Part shown: one piece after another, positions 10,909 to 19,183 of the stretch
Layout of the letters: every line of letters starts with the position of its first letter
Position numbering within the stretch: the stretch's first letter is position 1
Source of the DNA: Terriglobia bacterium
GTDB taxonomy: Bacteria > Acidobacteriota > Terriglobia > Terriglobales > Acidobacteriaceae
Direction: 5' to 3'
DNA length: 64,000 nt
Assembly (NCBI GenBank): GCA_963779255.1
Contig: CAVZXU010000025.1
Span: 67 to 64,066, forward strand
Made by a program: the position numbers and the translations under genes
The notes under the pieces: generated by a model
Told to the model about the DNA's origin: nothing
Seen by the model: only the letters and a program-made list of their open reading frames with translations
Databases searched by the model: none

Positions 10909-12687
10909 ATGAATCTGCCGCGACGCCAATTCCTGGGTTCCTCCGCTCATCGTCCTCGGCAGCACGCTGCTGGACGCGCTGACTACGCCACTCTGGAAGT
11001 GGAGGAATTCCGCCTCCAGGCGAACCGCCGCCGACTCCGCCGGCTTCCCCAGTCACTTTCGTTGACGTGGCTCGCGAAGCCGGTTTGAACGCTCCCAACG
11101 TCTGGGGCGCAGTCGATCACAAACGCTACATCATCGAAGCCAAAGGCAGCGGCCTGGCCTTCTTCGATTACGACAACGACGGCTGGCTGGACATTTATCT
11201 CACCAACGGCACGCGCCTCGACGCCAACTGGCCGCCGGGCAAGGCGCCAACTTCGCATCTCTACAAAAACAATCGCGACGGCACCTTCACCGACGTCACG
11301 GAAAAATCTGGCCTGGGGCGCACCGGCTGGCAGACCGGCATCTGCGTCGGCGACTATAACAACGACGGCTGGGACGATCTGTTCTGCTGCTTCTGGGGAC
11401 ACAACATCCTGTTCCACAACAACGGCGATGGGACTTTTACCGACGTCACGCGCAAGGCGGGGGTTTACGACGAGCAATACCGCTGGGGGGCCGGCTGCAC
11501 CTGGCTCGATTACGACCGCGACGGGCGCCTCGACCTCTTCGTCTGCAACTACATCAGACTCGATCCGGCGAAAGCCCCTTCCGCCAACGATCCCCTGTGC
11601 CAGTGGAAGGGCATCCCCGTGATGTGCGGCCCCCGCGGCCTGCCCGGCGACACTAACGTGCTGTATCACAACAATGGTGACGGAACTTTCACCGACGTCT
11701 AGCGAGAAATCGGGCATTCTGAAGCCCGGCCCGCGCTATTCCATCACCGCCGTCTCTTATGATTTTGATAACGACGGCTGGCCGGACATTTACGTGGCGG
11801 TGGACTCGCAACCCAGCATGCTGTTCCGCAACAACCACGACGGCACTTTCACCGATATCGCCGTCCTCGCGGGATGCGCTTACAGCGACAATGGCCACGA
11901 GCAGGCCGGCATGGGGGTGGCAGTCGGCGACTATGACTGCGACGGCTGGTTCGACATTTTCAAAACCAACTTCGCCGACGACACTTGCAACCTTTATCAC
12001 AACAACGGCGACGGGACCTTCACCGACGTAACATTTTCATCCGGTATTGGAATCAACAACCGCTACGTCGCCTGGGGCTGCGGCTTCCTCGACTACGACA
12101 ACGATGGCTGGCCCGACCTCATGCAGATCAATGGACACGTCTACCCGGAGATTGAAGGCCACGATATCGGGCAGACGTTCAAGAACCCGCGCCTGCTGTA
12201 CAAGAATCTGGGCAATGGGCGATTCAAAGACGTCTCATCTGAATCCGGCCCGGGCATCACCGAGCTCTTCTCCAGCCGTGGCGCCGCTTTCGGCGACTAC
12301 GATAACGATGGCGACATCGACGCAGTCATTTTGAACATGAATGACTTACCGTCGCTGCTGCGCAACGACGGTGGCAACCTGCAGAATTGGATCAAGATCA
12401 AGCTGATCGGCACCAAATGCAATCGCACCGCCATCGGCGCCCGGGTGCGCGTGGTGACCGGCAACCATACCCAGATGGATGAAGTCCACAGCGGCTCCAG
12501 CGTGATGTCGCAGTGCGATCTGCGCCTTCACTTCGGCCTGGGCAAGGCCCAAACCGTGGATGTCATCGAAGTGAGGTGGCCGACGACACAGAAGATCGAA
12601 CGCTTCACTCAAGTGAAGGCCAACCAGATACTCACGATTCGTGAAGGCAGCGGCATCGTCGAGACGGTCAAACCCAAAGCCAAATAG
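10909..12687 (+). pseudogene. Second ASPIC/UnbV FG-GAP repeat protein (CRTAC1 family), frameshifted
   Basis: ATG with a Tat-like signal MNLPRRQFLGSSA, then a frame break before ORF 11067..11702 ([36 protein letters not shown]). An extra T near 11700 creates TAG and shifts into ORF 11674..12687. The latter has a UnbV_ASPIC-like tail (GTKCNRTAIGARVRVVTG..SGSSVMSQ). Confidence 0.8.
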
Positions 12688-12800
12688 CTCCGTTTACCTG
12701 GATATCGCGCCCGACTATTAGGCATGCTCCCACGGTGTACAATTTCGACCGCGGATTACACACGACCATCTGCACTAAATCACTTTCTAATGAGGTCGGA

Positions 12801-14759
12801 ATGAAATCTCTGCGGAGCACCCGTTCTCCTCTCTTCCTTCTGTTTGTGTGCGCTCTCACGGTGGCCCAGTCCTCAGGCCCGGATACGAGGACAATCACCG
12901 ACGCCAAAACAATCGTCTCGGCCTCCAATCCAAATGCCCGTCCCATTCCGATTGACGACCTCTATTTCACGCGTTCTGTCTCCAGCGCATCCTGGTCGCC
13001 CGACGGCAATGAGATCGTCTTCACCACCGACATATCCGGGCGATCAAATTTGTGGAAGGTGAAGGCTAACGGCGGATGGCCGATTCAGTTGGCGCAGTCG
13101 GACGACCGGCAATACAGCGAAACCTGGTCTCCTGACGGCAAGTGGATCCTCTTTCAGCAGGACACAGCCGGCAACGAACTCTGGGACATCTTCGCGGTTC
13201 CGAGCGAGGGCGGCGAAGTAACCAACCTTACCAACACTCCCGAGATTCGCGAAGAGAACCCGCGCTGGTCGCCCGACGGCAAAACCGTCGCCCTGAACCA
13301 CAAGCCCAAGGAAGCCACGGTTTACAACATTGCCTTGATGGATTGGGCCACGCGCAAGGTGACGCTGCTTACTCACGAAAGTACGCCGAACCACCTGTGG
13401 CAATCGGTGGCCTGGAGCCCTGACGGAAAGACGCTGTACGCCAACCGCTTGGAAGTCAGCTTCACCGATGCCGATATCTACGCCATCGATGTTGCGAGCG
13501 GAAACGTGACGAATTTGACCCCGCATCAGGGTAAGGCGCTCAACACGGCATCTTCCGTATCCAAGGATGGGCGGACGCTTTTGATCACATCCAACGCCAG
13601 GAGCGGCTACCAGAACGTCGCTCTCCTGGATATAGGAAGCAAGAAAATCACCTGGGTCACGGACACCAAATGGGAGGCCTCTGCGGGTGACTTCTCGCCC
13701 GACGGCAAGCGCTTTACCTACGCGATCAATGCCGACGGCCGCTCGGATGTATATCTCGGAGACACGGCCACGACAAAGTCTGAGAAAATTCCCATCGCGG
13801 GTGGCGTGAACGGCTTTGCCGCTTTCCCAACCTCGTTTTCGTCTTCCGGGGACCGCTTGCTGTTGTCGCACGAGAGTTCGGTCGAGCCGGCGGACTTCTG
13901 GGTTTACGACTTGGCCTCGCGGAAGCCCCGACAGCTCACCTATTCCGTCATTGCCAGCCTCAACTCCGCCCCGCGGCCGCCCTCGCAGATCGTCAGCTAC
14001 AAATCGTTCGACGGAAAAACCATCAGCGCATTGCTGTGGGTCCCGTTTAACCTCAAGCGCGACAGCTCGAACCCCGCGCTGGTCCTGCCCCACGGTGGGC
14101 CGACTGGACAGTCTCAGGATTACTGGAGCCCGCGGATCGCAGCCTACGTTTCCCGGGGATACATCTGCATTGCTCCCAACGTGCGCGGCTCGACCGGCTA
14201 CGGCATCGACTTTCAAAAAGCCAACTACCAGGACCTGGGCGGCGGCGATCTCCAGGATGAGGTTTATGCCGCCAAATTCCTCGAAGCCACCGGTTACGTC
14301 AATCCGAAAAAGATTGGAATCACCGGCGGCTCGTACGGAGGATTCATGACGCTGATGGCCATCGGCCGGTCTCCAGACGTCTGGGCTGCGAGCGTGGAGC
14401 TCTTCGGCATCATCAACTGGATGACCATGCTGCAGCATGAAGACGCGATGCTGCAGGAGTATGAGAAGAGCCTGCTGGGCGATCCCGTGAAAGATCGCGC
14501 CATCTACGATGCAGCTTCTCCCATCACTTACCTCCACCACGCGAAGGCGCCATTGCTGGTCCTGCAAGGGGAGAACGATCCCCGCGTTCCCAAGGAAGAG
14601 GCGGAACAGGTCGTCGAGCTGCTGAAGAAAGACGGCAAAACCGTGGAGGCGCACTACTACGCCAACGAAGGTCACGGCTTCGAAAAACGGGAGAATCAGA
14701 TCGATTCGATCCGGCGCTCGGTCGAGTGGTTCGATAAATATCTGAAAGGGAGCAATTAA
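12801..14759 (+). CDS. S9 family serine peptidase (prolyl oligopeptidase / acylaminoacyl-peptidase type) with an N-terminal TolB-like beta-propeller
   Basis: ATG at 12801 follows GAGG. Signal peptide MKSLRSTRSPLFLLFVCALTVAQS. WSPDG repeats occur about 6 times. The nucleophile elbow is GITGGSYGG; GENDPRV and EGHGF supply the Asp/His motifs. Confidence 0.9.
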   Translation: MKSLRSTRSPLFLLFVCALTVAQSSGPDTRTITDAKTIVSASNPNARPIPIDDLYFTRSVSSASWSPDGNEIVFTTDISGRSNLWKVKANGGWPIQLAQSDDRQYSETWSPDGKWILFQQDTAGNELWDIFAVPSEGGEVTNLTNTPEIREENPRWSPDGKTVALNHKPKEATVYNIALMDWATRKVTLLTHESTPNHLWQSVAWSPDGKTLYANRLEVSFTDADIYAIDVASGNVTNLTPHQGKALNTASSVSKDGRTLLITSNARSGYQNVALLDIGSKKITWVTDTKWEASAGDFSPDGKRFTYAINADGRSDVYLGDTATTKSEKIPIAGGVNGFAAFPTSFSSSGDRLLLSHESSVEPADFWVYDLASRKPRQLTYSVIASLNSAPRPPSQIVSYKSFDGKTISALLWVPFNLKRDSSNPALVLPHGGPTGQSQDYWSPRIAAYVSRGYICIAPNVRGSTGYGIDFQKANYQDLGGGDLQDEVYAAKFLEATGYVNPKKIGITGGSYGGFMTLMAIGRSPDVWAASVELFGIINWMTMLQHEDAMLQEYEKSLLGDPVKDRAIYDAASPITYLHHAKAPLLVLQGENDPRVPKEEAEQVVELLKKDGKTVEAHYYANEGHGFEKRENQIDSIRRSVEWFDKYLKGSN

Positions 14760-14776
14760 CTGGGGGAGCCGCGTAG

Positions 14777-14863
14777 GGGCGGGTGCCCCCACCCGCCCGG
14801 ACGGGCAAGTCCGGCTGGTTTTTCCTCGGCCGCGCAGAAGCCTGGGCGAGCCTTGGCTCGCCC
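14777..14863. repeat. Cluster of three GC-rich hairpins between convergent genes (REP-like / bidirectional terminator region)
   Basis: GGGCGGGTG-cccc-CACCCGCCC (14777-14798), CCGGAC-gggcaa-GTCCGG (14797-14814) and GGGCGAGCC-tt-GGCTCGCCC (14844-14863). Confidence 0.45.
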
Positions 14864-14933
14864 AACCGGGTCCTGAGCGAAGTCGAAGGAGGGCGTCGGG
14901 CCTACGTGGTTTCGGGGCCCCGCGCTTCGGCGG

Positions 14934-15581
14934 TCACAGTGGAATGTAGTTCTTAAGCAGCGGACTTACCAGCCCGGCAAAGGAAAGCAGCCGTCGCTCG
15001 GCTTCCGCTGGCTTTTCCCCGGGCTGTAACTCGGTGTTCATTCGAATCAGCGCATTGTCGGTCCGATTCGAACGCAGCGAGTCGAGCGCCAGGTAAACAT
15101 TCATCCAGTCTTCGCTGGCTACCCGGCGGCCGCGGGCCGAATACCAGAACAGAACGAGCTGGCGATCGTCGCCTTTGGCAATAAGGTAGCGATTGGCCGG
15201 GAAAGGGGCCTCGCCGGGAAACGCAAGCGTGGTTGTTCCTGACTCTACCGGCGACCAGCCGGAACCTTCCAGACAATCCTGCGGCAGGTGGTGGAACAGC
15301 GCGTGCTGATTCTGGAGATACGCCACGTACAGATCGACGTAACCTGTGGCGCCCGTCTCGTCCCGGTACGTTCGCTGCAGAAAATCTCCCGGGCGAAGAG
15401 TCTTCAGACTCTCGTCGTCAAGGAAAACGTCAGTCCCCACCCAGTTCTGCAATTTCACTGGAAACGAGGCCAGCTCGGTCCGGGGCAAAACAAATTCACT
15501 GCGCGCCCGGGCCTGCAGAAACAACGCGGTCCCGGCCAACAGCAAAGCGACGGTTGCGAAACGCGCGTTCCAGGAGATCAT
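14934..15581 (-). CDS. epsI: EpsI family protein (exosortase-associated)
   Basis: 215 aa with an N-terminal TM segment. It carries NWVGTD, YVDLYVAYLQNQ, LPQDCLEGSGW, LVLFWYSARGR and NALIRMNT blocks typical of EpsI. Its ATG overlaps the exosortase stop (ATGA at 15578-15581). Confidence 0.8.
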   Translation of the reverse strand: MISWNARFATVALLLAGTALFLQARARSEFVLPRTELASFPVKLQNWVGTDVFLDDESLKTLRPGDFLQRTYRDETGATGYVDLYVAYLQNQHALFHHLPQDCLEGSGWSPVESGTTTLAFPGEAPFPANRYLIAKGDDRQLVLFWYSARGRRVASEDWMNVYLALDSLRSNRTDNALIRMNTELQPGEKPAEAERRLLSFAGLVSPLLKNYIPL

Positions 15582-16510
15582 GCGTATTCCTCCCGCACTC
15601 CCGCTTTGTGCTTGCTAAGAAACAATGCCTGAGACAAACGGTGAAGCAGGAAAACAAGCGCCAGCGAGCCGGCAAAGATAAGCCATCCTGAAAGCAGGTG
15701 GAGCGTTCCTTGCGCGCCCTCAATGCCCCAGTATTCCACCACCACCCCGGTAATGGCGATCCGCAGCGCATTGGCCAGGACTGAAATTGGGACCGCGATC
15801 AAAACCAGCAGTACCCGCACGCTAATTTTCGCTTCCGCCAGATACCCGTAGATGACCGTAAGCGTAATCAGCGAGAACAGCGATCGGATTCCACTGCATG
15901 CCTCCGCCACCTCCAGCTGCGCTGTGGGAAGAAGAATGATGTTGCCCTCCCGCACCGCCGGAATTCCCACCAGCATCAGCAGGAAACTCGCGGTCTTGGA
16001 GGCAACAATCTGAAGCGGAAGGGTGATCTGCCCCAACAGTGTCGAGGAGGGGATCATCAGGATGAGAAATGCCAGCGGAAACGAAATCGCTGCCAGGTGT
16101 TTCCATCCGGCCATAAAGACAACCAGGCCAGTGATAAAAAGTAGGCACGATATGCGGTACAGAAAGAAGCCTGAATTGATCTTGCTCAGCACCAATGCCA
16201 ACAAGGCAAACAATAGAATCACCAGACCCGACCAGGCCGGCTGGCGGCGGAGCGCTGCCAATTTGGCGCGCCTCTCCCAAAGCAAGAACAGGGAGAATGC
16301 CGGAACAAAGAAACCATGAGTGTAGTTCGGGTCGTGCCACCACTGGCTTGCCAGGCCGAGCGCAAGCGGGGCGTACAGCCAGGCGGCCAAAAGAAAGAGG
16401 GTTACGCCTTGAGCGTAAACCAGGGCGCTGGTTTTCAGGAAACCGGTTTTCCGGAAAACAGGTTTCGGGAAAAAGGTTTTCAGGAGACTGGGATTGGAAA
16501 CACTAAGCAT
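15578..16510 (-). CDS. Exosortase family protein
   Basis: Polytopic membrane protein with the exosortase signatures WWHDPNYTHGFFVPAFSLFLLW, EVAEACSGIRSL (active-site Cys) and ANALRIAITG. ATG at 16510; a GTG at 16531 is also possible. Confidence 0.85.
   Translation of the reverse strand: MLSVSNPSLLKTFFPKPVFRKTGFLKTSALVYAQGVTLFLLAAWLYAPLALGLASQWWHDPNYTHGFFVPAFSLFLLWERRAKLAALRRQPAWSGLVILLFALLALVLSKINSGFFLYRISCLLFITGLVVFMAGWKHLAAISFPLAFLILMIPSSTLLGQITLPLQIVASKTASFLLMLVGIPAVREGNIILLPTAQLEVAEACSGIRSLFSLITLTVIYGYLAEAKISVRVLLVLIAVPISVLANALRIAITGVVVEYWGIEGAQGTLHLLSGWLIFAGSLALVFLLHRLSQALFLSKHKAGVREEYA
16430..16489. repeat. Four tandem ~15 nt units, each an internal palindrome (GGTTTTCNGGAAAAC)
   Basis: GGTTTTCAGGAAACC / GGTTTTCCGGAAAACA / GGTTTCGGGAAAAA / GGTTTTCAGGAGACT. 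The array lies in the 5' end of the exosortase ORF, where it encodes the pentapeptide repeat ..KTFFPKPVFRKTGFLKTS. Confidence 0.75.
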
Positions 16511-16531
16511 GGCCGACCCGAGGGTTCGCAC

Positions 16532-17542
16532 TTATCGCTTGCGCCTCGACTTTCGGGCCTTCCAGTACACTCCCACTAGCCCGGTAGAAAGCAGCAGGAT
16601 CGTGCCGGGTTCAGGAGCAACCGCCAAGGGCGTGTGGGACGAGCCGCCGGGCAAACCGAAGAACGGCAGGAAGAAAAATGGAACCATGCGCCCGCGATTG
16701 GCAGGTTGCAGTGGAGTGGCCCCTGCCGGTAGCGCCGACGCATATGCATCGGGCTGAGGCTCGACTTCGTGCGACACCATTTCGTTGGAGAAAAGGGGCT
16801 GATTGAAGTCTGAGTCTACCGGTTCCACCATCGCCGGCGGACCGAGAGGGGCCATGGCGACGCGATTTCCGCAGCGTGTGCGGGCCACAATCTTCCCGTC
16901 ACTGATAAGCGTTTCGCCGGGATGCAGCGCCACCTTCTTCCGGGTCCAGTACACTTTGTCGCCCAATCGATAGGCGACATGCATCGACTGCTTTTCCGAA
17001 ACCTGCAACAGGTGGGCCCGCTGAAAATCAAATCCCGAGAATTCCCGCGCCACCACTGGATCGTGCGCCATGGCCTGCCGCAGTTCTTCGACACTCGCTA
17101 CTCCGCCAGGAATCACCGAATACAGGTACGCCGGACGGCTCGGCCGACTCGCGATGAAAGCAGCATAGTGCTGAGTCGTCAACCCGGTCGGGCTAGTTTG
17201 GTTCACGCCAATCGAAGTGGGTTTATGAGATGAGTAAGACAAGATCGAAGTCGGCTGTTGCCGAGCAAACTGCCAGGTAATAGCTGCCGTTGCCGCAAAT
17301 AAGAGCGCCACCAGGAACTTGGTCCTGGCGTGCTTCCGGCTGTACCGCGAATGACGATGACGAACCACGCTGACGCTGGTGTCTTTCAAGTGCTCCTCAA
17401 TGGAATCTGTGATTTCAAGCTCGGGGGGAGGAAAAGCGCATTGGCGATTACCTAAAGTGCACGCCGGCTTCCAAACCGGGAACGTCATGGAATCATGCGA
17501 CCCGCCTACACTCGCCCAACCAGGGTGAAGAGATTTGCACAA
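16532..17542 (-). CDS. PEP-CTERM sorting-signal protein of unknown function; the start is uncertain
   Basis: The C-terminus VAPEPGTILLLSTGLVGVYWKARKSRRKR shows a PEP motif, a TM helix and a basic tail. An N-terminal basic stretch is followed by a TM segment (TKFLVALLFAATAAITWQFA). The stop codon abuts the exosortase ORF. Confidence 0.8.
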   Translation of the reverse strand: MCKSLHPGWASVGGSHDSMTFPVWKPACTLGNRQCAFPPPELEITDSIEEHLKDTSVSVVRHRHSRYSRKHARTKFLVALLFAATAAITWQFARQQPTSILSYSSHKPTSIGVNQTSPTGLTTQHYAAFIASRPSRPAYLYSVIPGGVASVEELRQAMAHDPVVAREFSGFDFQRAHLLQVSEKQSMHVAYRLGDKVYWTRKKVALHPGETLISDGKIVARTRCGNRVAMAPLGPPAMVEPVDSDFNQPLFSNEMVSHEVEPQPDAYASALPAGATPLQPANRGRMVPFFFLPFFGLPGGSSHTPLAVAPEPGTILLLSTGLVGVYWKARKSRRKR

Positions 17543-18163
17543 AAAGGATTGCTTATTACGCCATTTGACTCTTTCGGAACAGAATTGGGGCCGTGACGAG
17601 GCCGTCCCAGGTCACATATTGCTAAAAACATGCACTTTCAGGGAGATAGGCACCATTTCAAGGCTGGCTCACGGAACCAAAATTCGCACCTTGCGAAGGT
17701 GTTTGACACTGACTCATAGTTTGCAGAGGGGCGTTGGGATGGACAGTATGAATGGCCGAGACCCGGGGTGGGGGTGCTCAGGCCAGCCATCTCTTGAGCA
17801 GCTGTTTTACCGGCTCCAGCACCGGCAGTGTTGATCTCCCACACTTGTGGCACGCCTCCCGCCACACCGTAGTCAATCCGTAGGTAGTCAATATTTGTGC
17901 GCCGGAATGCATTCCTACCGACAAGACTTAGATGAGTTACTGACAAGCATCTCTTGTTCCAAATAAGCCTCTTGAGAACCAACGCAAAAAAGTTTTCTTG
18001 GTTTTCTCTTTTGCATTTAAGAAAGCTACACGGATAAAAGTTTGATTTCTGCGACAAAAGATCGTATGGGTGCCCCGACAGCGAACGATTACGGGCACTC
18101 CATCTGATGGGGTTCAGAAATCTCGGGAAACGTCGGGCGTGGCGCTATACTGGCGCTCTCTAC

Positions 18164-19033
18164 ATGCTAGAACACAAACCGAATTGGCAGCTGAAGCTCG
18201 ACAACGTCCTTGTCGCGACTGACTTCTCGTCCTCCTCAAAGATGGCAGTTCTGTATGCCACCTCAATTGCGCGCCGTCACGCCTCGAAGCTGTTTGTGAC
18301 CCACGTGGTTGGCTCACAGGCCGAAGCAGCCCTTATGGACGGGTGGCGCGCCGGGCAGACCGAGATGACGGATCAGTTGATTGCCCATCGCCTAGACGGT
18401 ATCCGACACGAATTACTCGTAAGATCCGGCGATATTTGGACAGTCCTGTCGCGCCTCATCATCGAGCACGGAATCGACCTCGTCGTCGTTGGCACCCGTG
18501 GCCGGACCGGAGTTCGGAAATTTGTCTTAGGGTCCGTTGCGCAGAGCATTTTCCGTCAGGCCCCATGCCCTGTACTCACCGTCGGGCCTACCATTGCAAA
18601 CCAAGACCCGGAAATGGCCCCGGAGCACATACTTACAGCAACCGGCTTTGCTCCCCACTCTCTATGGGCGGTGAGATATGCGCTAAGGCTCGCGCAAGAT
18701 CTGCATTCTTCCCTTGGCCTTCTACATGTGGTAACAGATCCCAGTGAAGTATCCGGTGACGCAAGAGAAAGGACAAGAGACGAACGTCTGAAGCGGCTTC
18801 GCACGTTGATTTCATCGGACGTACGTCTGCCATCAGCACCCGTGTTCTTCGTCGAGTTCGGTTCAGCACCTGAAAAGATCCTGCAGACTGCAGCTATATG
18901 GAAAGCGAACCTGATTGTGCTGGGGCTGCGCCATGTTGAAGAGGGTTCCAGAGGCGAGACGACTTGGGCTAAGGCCTACGAGATAGTCTGCAAGGCCAGC
19001 TGCCCCGTCTTGACCGTTCGCGGCCCAGAATGA
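18164..19033 (+). CDS. Universal stress protein with tandem UspA domains
   Basis: VLVATDFSSSSKMAVLYA .. DLVVVGTRGRTGVRKFVLGSVAQSIFRQAPCPVLTV. The second domain ends LIVLGLRH..KASCPVLTV. Confidence 0.85.
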   Translation: MLEHKPNWQLKLDNVLVATDFSSSSKMAVLYATSIARRHASKLFVTHVVGSQAEAALMDGWRAGQTEMTDQLIAHRLDGIRHELLVRSGDIWTVLSRLIIEHGIDLVVVGTRGRTGVRKFVLGSVAQSIFRQAPCPVLTVGPTIANQDPEMAPEHILTATGFAPHSLWAVRYALRLAQDLHSSLGLLHVVTDPSEVSGDARERTRDERLKRLRTLISSDVRLPSAPVFFVEFGSAPEKILQTAAIWKANLIVLGLRHVEEGSRGETTWAKAYEIVCKASCPVLTVRGPE

Positions 19034-19183
19034 ACCCACCGTGCGACGGCCCGCAATTCGGGCCGAGCGTACCCTTCGGTTCCTTCGGTTGTGAGCGGAA
19101 GGACACGGAAGATGCCCCCGGCTAGCCAAGCCGTGCCGAAAGCCAGAGAAATGGCACGATACGGCGACTAATGTGGAGTTTTG

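Noticed and set aside
13044-14792. Long antisense ORFs opposite real genes (13044..14792, 9560..10558, 3368..4216, 4223..5131, 10983..11717, 1006..1926, 36345..37154, 45993..46913, 49192..50127, 61026..62006, 42763..43419)
   Set aside because: These are typical GC-rich shadow ORFs. They have Arg/Gly/Pro/Val-biased translations with no recognisable motifs. Each is fully overlapped by an opposite-strand gene that has clear family signatures.
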